A DNA stretch of 28,555 bases, taken from the NCBI GenBank assembly GCA_040005235.1, contig JBDTZG010000063.1:1-28555 (forward strand). Direction: 5' to 3'. The notes below the pieces were generated by a model. The model made no database searches and was not told the DNA's origin. It saw nothing but the letters and a program-made list of their open reading frames with translations. Shown piece after piece: positions 9,303 to 16,512 of the stretch; position 1 is the first letter of the stretch, and the number at the start of each line of letters is the position of its first letter. The translations under genes and the position numbers were made by a program. The stretch is from Acidobacteriota bacterium. Its GTDB lineage: Bacteria; Acidobacteriota; Thermoanaerobaculia; Multivoradales; UBA5704.

Positions 9303-10679
9303 ATGAATCTTCCCCTGTTCGACAGCCCCGAGCCGACCTATAGCGTCTCGCTGCTCTGCGGCGAGATCCGCGACATGCTGAACCAGGCGTTCGGCGCGGT
9401 CTGGGTCGCGGGCGAGGCGCAGCGGGTCAAGCTCTCGACCCGCGGCCATCTCTATTTCGAGCTGATCGAAAAAGGGAAGAACGACGACATCGTCGGCCGG
9501 CTGGAGGCGGTGATCTGGAAGACCGACCTCCTGCGCCTGCGCCGCGTGCTCGGGGCGACCGGACAGGAGATCGCCGACGGCGTCATGCTCCGCTGCCGCG
9601 CGGCGATCGACTTCTACGCCCCGGGCGGGCGGCTCCAACTGAGCGTCAAAGACGTCGATCCGGTCTTTTCGCTCGGCCATCTGGAACGGCGGCGCCGCGA
9701 GACGCTCGCGGGGCTCGAAGCCGCGGGCCTGCTCGAACGGAACCGCGGGCTGCCGTTGTCCGACCTGCCGCTTCGGCTCGCTCTGATTACCTCGGACGGC
9801 AGCGCCGCGTACCATGACTTCGTCTCAGGGCTCACCGAGAGCGGCTACGGCTTTCAGGTCCTGTTCTTCCACGCGGCGGTCCAGGGCAAAGAGGCGGAGC
9901 GCGAGATCGTCTCCGCCCTCGGTGCATTGGCCGGGCTCGACCTGGACGCCATCGTGCTGATCCGCGGTGGGGGCTCGCGCTCGGACCTCGCCGTGTTCGA
10001 CGGCCGGGCGGTGGCCGAAGCGGTGGCCCGTTCGCCCTTTCCCGTGCTCTCCGGCCTCGGCCACGAGATCGACCAATCGATCGCCGATCTTGTGGCGCAT
10101 ACGGCGCTTAAGACGCCCACCAAAGTCGCGGAGTTCCTGATCGAGCGGATCGCCCGCCAGGAACAGCGTCTGATCGATGCGGAACGCCGGTTGATCCGCG
10201 AAGCCGAAGAGCCGCTTCGCCGCGCGCGTGAGAGCCTCGGCCGGGCGGAGCGGGGGATCGCGCTCGGTAAAATGCGCCTCGCCGCCGCCTCTCGCCGTTT
10301 GGATGAGATCGCGCGGACTCTCGCCGGCTTTGCCCGCGGTGTGCTTCGCGTGGCCGGCCGGCGTCGCCGCGCTGCGGAAACCGCGCTCGTCCAGGCCGTC
10401 CCGGTCCGGTTGGCCCGCGCCGAAGCGCGCCGCGCGGGAATCGCCGAACGCACCGTGTCGGGCGCCAAAGGCCGACTGCGCGAGGTGACCGCGCGGCTTG
10501 TCGGGCTCGAACGCCTCTGCGCAAGCCTAGGTCCCGAGCGGACGCTCGAACGAGGCTTCGGCATCACCCGAGACGCCGCGGGCCGCTTGGTGCGCGATCC
10601 GGCGCAAGTTTCTCCCGGAACCATCCTTTCCACCCGACTCGCCCGCGGTACGCTGGTCAGCCGCGCGGAGGAACCATGA
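9303..10679 (+). CDS. xseA: Exodeoxyribonuclease VII large subunit
   Basis: VWVAGE, GHLYFEL, IRGGGS, GLGHEID, KTPTKVAE, TLERGF. Confidence 0.97.
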   Translation: MNLPLFDSPEPTYSVSLLCGEIRDMLNQAFGAVWVAGEAQRVKLSTRGHLYFELIEKGKNDDIVGRLEAVIWKTDLLRLRRVLGATGQEIADGVMLRCRAAIDFYAPGGRLQLSVKDVDPVFSLGHLERRRRETLAGLEAAGLLERNRGLPLSDLPLRLALITSDGSAAYHDFVSGLTESGYGFQVLFFHAAVQGKEAEREIVSALGALAGLDLDAIVLIRGGGSRSDLAVFDGRAVAEAVARSPFPVLSGLGHEIDQSIADLVAHTALKTPTKVAEFLIERIARQEQRLIDAERRLIREAEEPLRRARESLGRAERGIALGKMRLAAASRRLDEIARTLAGFARGVLRVAGRRRRAAETALVQAVPVRLARAEARRAGIAERTVSGAKGRLREVTARLVGLERLCASLGPERTLERGFGITRDAAGRLVRDPAQVSPGTILSTRLARGTLVSRAEEP

Positions 10680-10933
10680 GCCAGCCCCAAGAGAAAACCC
10701 CAGATGCTCCGACCTCGGAGGCCGGCGAGCCCTTGAGCTTCCGCGTCGCGATGGAAGAGCTGGAAGCCATCCTCGAACGGATCGAAGGAGAAGAGATCGA
10801 CGTCGACGAGCTGGCCGCAGAGCTCCGCCGCGCGACCCAGCTCTTGGAGCTCTGCCGCGGCAAGATCCGCAAGGCGGAGGTTGAGGTCACTCAGATTGTG
10901 CAGAGTTTGGAGGGGGAGGGGGAGGGGGAGTAG
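10676..10933 (+). CDS. xseB: Exodeoxyribonuclease VII small subunit
   Basis: SFRVAMEELEAILERIE...LCRGKIRKAEVEV; ATGA overlap with xseA. Confidence 0.95.
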   Translation: MSQPQEKTPDAPTSEAGEPLSFRVAMEELEAILERIEGEEIDVDELAAELRRATQLLELCRGKIRKAEVEVTQIVQSLEGEGEGE

Positions 10934-10984
10934 GCGTAGCGCCACCCGGAGAAACTGAATCTTTCCCCTGCGCGGCAATCCGAT

Positions 10985-11233
10985 CCGCAGGGGGTAGAGA
11001 CGCCCCAGTACCCAACCACAACAGAACCGGGTCCACCGCCGTCGGGGCGTCTCCGATAGCGGCGCGAATGACCGGTAGGTGGAACCACCGCCCGGAACGC
11101 ACTTGGCTGCCACCGCCCGCGTGTCGTCCGCCGGTCTTCGCGGTTGGTGTGTTCGCCCGCGAGGAGACGCCCCGACGGCCAGCACCCGGATAGGATTGTG
11201 GTTGGGTACTGGGGCGTCTCTACCCGCCTGCGG
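10985..11233. repeat. Second GTAG-type REPIN-like element with about 70-bp inverted arms
   Basis: Left arm GTAGAGACGCCCCAGTACCCAACCACAA...GCCGTCGGGGCGTCTCC (10985-11054); inverted copy at 11163-11233. Confidence 0.85.
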
Positions 11234-11300
11234 GCGTTTTCGTGTTGGGCCTCAGCGCATCGATTGCTGAGCAGCTCGCTTTTTGCACCGTCCTCCCCCG

Positions 11301-11336
11301 TCGATCGACACACCGCTGCATAGATCCTGCGATCTG
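11301..11336 (+). repeat. Decayed duplicate of the fadJ promoter
   Basis: 32/36 identical to 12459-12494; -35 TTGACA changed to TCGACA and -10 TACGAT to TGCGAT. Confidence 0.85.
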
Positions 11337-11461
11337 TAAATAAGCCGAGCTCCTTGCGTGGCCCCCCAGCCCATCAAACAGGCTGCACGTGCCCGCAAAG
11401 TCGAATTGCGCCGTACGTACGCCTCAAATACTCTGTGCGTACTGATGACTTCGAATCCTGC

Positions 11462-11583
11462 GACAAGACTCTGGCGTTTCTGCGCCCTGGGATGGAGTTG
11501 CCGGACTTCTGCTGCTGCAAGTCAGACGGGCGGAGGTCGAGGTCACTCAGATCGTTCAGAGTTTGGAGGGGGAGGGGGAGTAG
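11462..11583 (+). pseudogene. Duplicated 3' fragment of xseB
   Basis: 11529-11583 matches xseB 10873-10933 with three substitutions and one fewer GGGGAG unit; weaker in-register similarity extends upstream (LRPGMELPDFCCCK vs LRRATQLLELCRGK) across a 1-nt deletion. Confidence 0.8.
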
Positions 11584-12142
11584 CGGCTTCGAAGTCGCCC
11601 AGGATGCGCTGCCAGATCTCCTCGGTTCCTAGAGCCTCTGACCAACGGGAGAGGTAGTCGCGATCGAGATTCGTCGTCACGCGAAGGACGCCGGCGATGT
11701 CGCGAAGATGCTTTTCAGAGCCCCCCTCCCGGTAGAACTCCATTTTCTTGAGGATGACGTCTTCGGGCGAGGCAAATCGAACTTTGGTGCCGGGTGAGGT
11801 CGAGATCAGTCGGACGCGCGCCATACGTGCGCGATTGAACGGCGTGTCGGACCAAATCATGATGTCGACTTTCAAGCCGGAAGCCGGGTGGATGACGTTG
11901 AATTGACTCCGCTTACGGAGTGCCTGCTCGACGGCCTCGTCGCTCCAGTAAAACTCCGGCGAGGGGAAGGCCCCATGAAGCTCTCTCGCCGTGGCTGCGG
12001 TTAAAGCCGCGACGACATCAACATCGTTGGTGAGGCGAGGTTCCCCATAGACCACAGTCGCCATCGAGCCGGTGACGAGATAGGGAACTCCGAGTCTCTC
12101 GAACTGACCCGTGACATGGAGCAGGAGCTCATCCTGATCCAA
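11543..12142 (-). CDS. Nucleotidyltransferase-fold toxin, MenT1/AbiEii-like
   Basis: YLVTGSMA...EPRLTNDVDVV (GS...DxD), KVDIM, ASPEDVILKK, KHLRDI. Confidence 0.75.
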   Translation of the reverse strand: MDQDELLLHVTGQFERLGVPYLVTGSMATVVYGEPRLTNDVDVVAALTAATARELHGAFPSPEFYWSDEAVEQALRKRSQFNVIHPASGLKVDIMIWSDTPFNRARMARVRLISTSPGTKVRFASPEDVILKKMEFYREGGSEKHLRDIAGVLRVTTNLDRDYLSRWSEALGTEEIWQRILGDFEAATPPPPPNSERSE

Positions 12143-12347
12143 GAGCGATTCTCCGCGAGACCTCGGCTTGAATCTGCTCGGTGGACCAGTCCGGATGCTC
12201 GGCGGTCAGATGGCTCGTCAGTATCCGGCGCGCGGACAGAAACATCCGGTTCGCGACCTGAAGCCGTTCGGCTCCAGACATTGCCCGGAGGAACGGAAGC
12301 ATCTCGTCGTCGATCGTCTCGATCTTCTTGGGAAACGGTCTGAGCAT
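12129..12347 (-). CDS. Small helical antitoxin-like partner (MenA1-like)
   Basis: 72 aa, RAMSGAERL...HPDWSTEQI; overlaps the toxin start; TAGAAT 7 nt before ATG 12347. Confidence 0.65.
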   Translation of the reverse strand: MLRPFPKKIETIDDEMLPFLRAMSGAERLQVANRMFLSARRILTSHLTAEHPDWSTEQIQAEVSRRIALGSG

Positions 12348-12462
12348 GGGCCTGATTCTACGTCCCTTGGCGGTAGCCGGCAAAACCCCTCTCGACGGGG
12401 CACGAAGACCTCGTCAAAGTCGATGGTTCTGTAGAGGCGCCCACGGTGGCACCCTCACTCGA

Positions 12463-12491
12463 TTGACACACCGCGGCATCGATCCTACGAT
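12463..12491 (+). promoter_or_regulatory. Sigma70-type promoter of fadJ
   Basis: TTGACA-17 nt-TACGAT, then GGAGG SD ahead of GTG 12545. Confidence 0.8.
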
Positions 12492-12544
12492 CTGATTCGA
12501 TTTATGCCGCGGAGCGGCATTTCGAGACTTCCGGAGGATCGCTC

Positions 12545-14722
12545 GTGTCTATTCCACTCGCTTCCAACGACGTTCCTGAGGAAAAAGGCGCACCGGGCCG
12601 ATTGATCGTCGAAGACGGTCTCGCCTGGCTGGTGTTGGACGAGCCGGGCAAGAAGGTCAACGTCCTGTCGTCGCGCGCGATGACATGGCTGGGCGAGCAG
12701 ATCGGCCGGCTGCACGACGATCCTCCTTCCGGGCTGGTGATCCTTTCGGGCAAGGCGGATTCGTTCGTGGTCGGTGCCGATCTCGAAGAGCTGGCAACGC
12801 TGGAAGACTCGGAATCGGTGGTCGCGCTGCTGCAAAAGGGGCACGAGCTGATCGGCCGCCTGGTCGATCTGCCGTTTCCGACCGTCGCCGCGATCCATGG
12901 CGCCTGCCTGGGGGGAGGATTGGAGCTTGCGCTCGCGTGCAAATTCCGGGTGGCGACCCTACATGCGAAGACCAAGCTCGGCTTGCCCGAGGTGCAGCTT
13001 GGATTGATCCCGGGGCTCGGCGGCACGCAGCGTTTGCCGCGGCTGATCGGCGTGCCCTCCGCCCTCGATCTGATTCTCACCGGCCGCCAGCTCGATGCGC
13101 GGCGGGCGCAGAAGCTCGGGCTGGTGGACGAGATCTGCCACCCGACGGATCTGCGAACGGCGGCCGAAAAGCTCGCACGCACCTCCGGAATGCTGCGGCT
13201 CGGAATCGAAAAGCGGCGCGGCCGGGGCCAGGGCTTCGCCGCGCGGGCCGCCGGCCTGTTGGCGAAAATCCCCTTCACGGCCGATTCGCTGGTCTACGGC
13301 AAGGCGCGCGCCGGGGTGCTCAAAAAGACCGGCGGCCACTACCCTGCGCCGCTCGTGGCGATCGACATCGTGCGCGAAGGAATGCGGCGGCCGTTGCCCC
13401 GGGCGCTCGATCTCGAAGCCGGGGCGTTCGCCGAGCTGGTGGTCTCCGAGGTGGCGAAAAGCCTCATCGGCCTGTTCTTTTTAAAGACCCGCGGCGAGGC
13501 GCGCGCCGCCGCCATCGCGAAAGGCGCTCTGCCGGTCGAGACGATCGGCGTGCTGGGTGCCGGGTTCATGGGCTCCGGTGTCGCGCAGCTCGCGGCCGAG
13601 AAGGGGTACCGGGTGGTGCTCAAGGACCAGAACCCCGCGGCGGTCGGCCGGGGCTTGGGTTTCTGCCGCGAGCGTTTCCGTGAGCGGGTTACCCGGCGGC
13701 GGATGACCGAGCCCGAGATGCGCCAGGCGATGGGCCGGATTCAAGGGACGGTGGACGATCGGCCTTTCGCACGGGTCGATCTGGTGATCGAAGCCGTGTT
13801 CGAGGATCTGGAGGTCAAGCGCAAGGTCGTCCAGGCGGTCGAGGCGGTGGCGCCGGAACGGCTGATCTTTGCGTCCAACACGTCGACCCTGCCGATCGCG
13901 AAGATCGCCGCCACCAGCTCGCGCCCGGAACGCGTGGTGGGAATGCATTTCTTCAGCCCCGTACACAAGATGCCGCTGCTCGAAGTGATCCGCCATCCGG
14001 GTACGTCAGACGCGGCGCTCGCGACCGCGGTCGCGGTCGGCCGAAAGCTGGGCAAGACCCTGATCGTGGTTGCCGACGGTCCGGGGTTCTACACCAGCCG
14101 CATCCTCGCAACGTTTTTGAACGAGGCGGCCTGGCTGCTGGTCGAGGGGGCGTCGATCGAACAGGTGGATGCGGCGCTCTCCGACTGGGGCTTTCCCGTG
14201 GGGCCGTTCGCCCTTCTCGACGAGGTGGGCTTGGACGTCGCGGCGCACGCGGGGCAGACGATGGCCGAGGCGTTCTCCGACCGGATCGAGACGCCGGAGG
14301 TGTTCGCCAAAATGCTCGCCGACGGCCGGCTTGGCCGCAAGGCGGGTAAGGGTTTCTATACCTACGGCAAGGGGCCGAAGAAGATCGACCCGGCCGTCTA
14401 CGACCTGCTCGGCTGGCGGCGGAAGGAGATTTCGACCGCGGAGATCACCGAGCGCTGCGTGCTACAGATGCTCAACGAGGCGGTCCGCTGCCTGGAGGAG
14501 GGCATTCTCGCGAGCCCGGAGGACGGCGACATCGGTGCGATTTTCGGCCTCGGCTTCCCGCCGTTCCGCGGCGGCCTGTTTCGCACCGCCGACCGGTGGG
14601 GCGCGGGGGTCACGGTCGGCCTGCTGGAAGGGCTCGCTGCGCGCCATGGACGCCGGTTCGCCCCGGCCGCGCGTCTGGTCGAGATGGCCGAGCGAGGGGA
14701 GCGTTTCTACCCGGCCGGATAG
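12545..14722 (+). CDS. fadJ: Fatty acid oxidation complex alpha subunit (enoyl-CoA hydratase/3-hydroxyacyl-CoA dehydrogenase)
   Basis: GACLGGGLELALAC, GLPEVQLGLIPG.GGTQRLPRLIG, GAGFMG, EAVFE, SNTS, GMHFFSPV, FGLGFPPFRGG. Confidence 0.92.
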   Translation: MSIPLASNDVPEEKGAPGRLIVEDGLAWLVLDEPGKKVNVLSSRAMTWLGEQIGRLHDDPPSGLVILSGKADSFVVGADLEELATLEDSESVVALLQKGHELIGRLVDLPFPTVAAIHGACLGGGLELALACKFRVATLHAKTKLGLPEVQLGLIPGLGGTQRLPRLIGVPSALDLILTGRQLDARRAQKLGLVDEICHPTDLRTAAEKLARTSGMLRLGIEKRRGRGQGFAARAAGLLAKIPFTADSLVYGKARAGVLKKTGGHYPAPLVAIDIVREGMRRPLPRALDLEAGAFAELVVSEVAKSLIGLFFLKTRGEARAAAIAKGALPVETIGVLGAGFMGSGVAQLAAEKGYRVVLKDQNPAAVGRGLGFCRERFRERVTRRRMTEPEMRQAMGRIQGTVDDRPFARVDLVIEAVFEDLEVKRKVVQAVEAVAPERLIFASNTSTLPIAKIAATSSRPERVVGMHFFSPVHKMPLLEVIRHPGTSDAALATAVAVGRKLGKTLIVVADGPGFYTSRILATFLNEAAWLLVEGASIEQVDAALSDWGFPVGPFALLDEVGLDVAAHAGQTMAEAFSDRIETPEVFAKMLADGRLGRKAGKGFYTYGKGPKKIDPAVYDLLGWRRKEISTAEITERCVLQMLNEAVRCLEEGILASPEDGDIGAIFGLGFPPFRGGLFRTADRWGAGVTVGLLEGLAARHGRRFAPAARLVEMAERGERFYPAG

Positions 14723-14756
14723 CGTACGGCCGGCGATGTAGACTTGATTCCGGCTC

Positions 14757-14936
14757 ATGTGGCTGCCTATCACCCTCTTCGTCGTCTTCTCCCTGCTCTC
14801 GGTGGTGGGGGCGTATCTCATCGGCCGGCCGAAGAGCTTGAGGCTGGCTCTGGTCCTCGCGTTATTCACCCTGCTGTTCTTCGCCGGTCTCGCCGTGGGC
14901 CTGATCGCGCTGTTCCGGACGGCTCCGAATGTCTGA
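14757..14936 (+). CDS. Small two-TM membrane protein (59 aa), absent from the ORF track
   Basis: MWLPITLFVVFSLLSVVGAYLIGRPKSLRLALVLALFTLLFFAGLAVGLIALFRTAPNV; stop overlaps the next ATG; host-like codons. Confidence 0.7.
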   Translation: MWLPITLFVVFSLLSVVGAYLIGRPKSLRLALVLALFTLLFFAGLAVGLIALFRTAPNV

Positions 14937-15477
14937 GCCGGGCGATTTTTCGGAGGGGCCGGAGGGGCCGGATTGGGAGGTCCAGCACCTCCAGATCGTC
15001 GAAACCTTCGCCAATCCGTGGGAGGCCGAGCTGGCGCGCGCGCGCCTGGAGGGCGAGGGGCTCCACGCGGTGGTCGCCGATCTGCACCTGATCGGGATGG
15101 ATTGGATGTTGTCGAGCGCGATCGGCGGCGTGAAACTCAAGGTGCCGATCGAGGAGGTCGAGCGGGCCAAGGAGCTGCTCGGCAAACAATCTCCGATTTC
15201 CGAGCTGCGCCTGGTCACGGCCGAAGATGAAACTCAAGCCCGTTGCCCGTCGTGCCGGAGCGAGGATCTCTACCGCCAGAGCTGGTCGCGCGAAGGGTTC
15301 TTCCTCGGCGCGATTTTCCTCGGTTTCCCGTTCCCCGTCCTGCGCCGGCGCTGGGTCTGCCGCAACTGTGGCGCGGTCTGGAAGCGCGCCCAATTGACCC
15401 CCGCGCTCCGGACGGTCTCGACCGCCGACGAGGACGCCGAGGCCGACGCCCAAGCGGCGGGAATCAAGCCGCCATGA
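14929..15477 (+). CDS. DUF2007-like protein with CxxC...CxxC zinc ribbon around a hydrophobic segment
   Basis: FANPWEAELARARLEGEGL, GGVKLKV, CPSCRS, CRNCG. Confidence 0.8.
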   Translation: MSEPGDFSEGPEGPDWEVQHLQIVETFANPWEAELARARLEGEGLHAVVADLHLIGMDWMLSSAIGGVKLKVPIEEVERAKELLGKQSPISELRLVTAEDETQARCPSCRSEDLYRQSWSREGFFLGAIFLGFPFPVLRRRWVCRNCGAVWKRAQLTPALRTVSTADEDAEADAQAAGIKPP

Positions 15478-15493
15478 GGAAAGCGATTGCTCC

Positions 15494-15617
15494 CGACCCA
15501 GGCCTCCAGCCTGGGCTAACGTGAGACGGCCCTTCAGGCCGTAAAATCAAAAACCGTGGGATGGAGTGGCGGCCTGAAGGGCCGCGTTACGTTAGCCCAG
15601 GCTGGAGGCCTGGGTCG
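15494..15617. repeat. Inverted-repeat element (CCCAGG family, 48-bp arms) between convergent genes
   Basis: 15494-15541 and 15570-15617 are near-perfect reverse complements, with mismatches in one short internal patch. Confidence 0.9.
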
Positions 15618-15618
15618 C

Positions 15619-16386
15619 CTACCCGGGCAACACGCGGCGCTCGTGACGGGCGCCGAAGAAGGGCCGGCCGGCGGCGAGGCGGAAGAGCGTGCGCGAAGCG
15701 AGGTAGATCTCCTTGCGGCTCATCTTGCTCTTTTCGTGGACCCGGTTGTCGAAGCGGATCGGCACTTCGTGGAGGCGATAGCCGAGCCGTTGGGCGTAGT
15801 AGGACATTTCGAGCAGATAGGAATAACCGTTCGAGCGGATGTCGCGCCGGTCGAGGTCGGCGAGCAGGTCGCGGCGGTAGCAGCGGAACCCGGCGGTGGC
15901 GTCCTTGAGGGTGAGGCCGAGCAGAAGGCGGGCTCCGGCATTGGCGGTCTTCGAGAGCGCACGGCGCGCGGCCGAGCAGTGTTGGGTGCCGCCTCCCGCC
16001 ACGTAGCGGCTGCCGACCACCAGATCGGCCTCCTCGCTCGCCGCGAGCAGCGCGGGGATCGATTCGGGCGCGTGGGAGAGGTCGGCGTCCATCGACAGCA
16101 GCCGGTCGTACCCTTCCGCGAGCAGCTGGCGAAACGCGGTCCGATACGCGGTGCCGAGGCCGAGCTTGCCCGGGCGGTGCAGAACGCGTAGGTTCCTGAC
16201 CTCTGCCCGCATCGATTCGAGCAGTTGCCCGGTGCCGTCCGGGGAGTTGTCGTCGACGAAGAAAAGATCGAGCGGCATCGAGAGACCGGCCGCGCCCCCC
16301 GGGCCCCCGAGCGCGGCAAGGCGGCCGATCAGAGGAGCGATGTTGTCTCGCTCGTTATAGGTCGGAATGACGACGACGGCACGCAT
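15619..16386 (-). CDS. Polyprenol monophosphomannose synthase-like GT2
   Basis: IPTYNERDNI, VDDNSPDGTG, KLGLGTAY, MDADLSH, GSRY, DATAGFR. Confidence 0.93.
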   Translation of the reverse strand: MRAVVVIPTYNERDNIAPLIGRLAALGGPGGAAGLSMPLDLFFVDDNSPDGTGQLLESMRAEVRNLRVLHRPGKLGLGTAYRTAFRQLLAEGYDRLLSMDADLSHAPESIPALLAASEEADLVVGSRYVAGGGTQHCSAARRALSKTANAGARLLLGLTLKDATAGFRCYRRDLLADLDRRDIRSNGYSYLLEMSYYAQRLGYRLHEVPIRFDNRVHEKSKMSRKEIYLASRTLFRLAAGRPFFGARHERRVLPG

Positions 16387-16512
16387 GGCGATGGTCGAAA
16401 CGGGTGGCCTCGGCAGAAGGGTTCGGGGAAGGCTTGGGCGACTTTTCCGAGCCCTAGGATCATACCATTGAGGAGAAAACGCTTGAACGAGTCACCGGGG
16501 AGCGACGGAGCC

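Noticed and set aside
11354-11657. Two short + strand ORFs (92 and 99 aa)
   Set aside because: Atypical codon use; they span the decayed xseB copy and overlap the toxin gene end.
9303-12383. Retron (ExoVII + structured DNA + toxin)
   Set aside because: No reverse transcriptase in the window; the inverted repeats fit a GTAG REP element better.
10933-12460. Prophage, integron or IS insertion at xseB
   Set aside because: No integrase, transposase, terminal inverted repeats around the cargo, or recognisable attC.
16225-16512. Extended N-terminus of the GT-C-like ORF
   Set aside because: Overlaps the divergent GT2 gene; SD and ATG at 16513 fit better.
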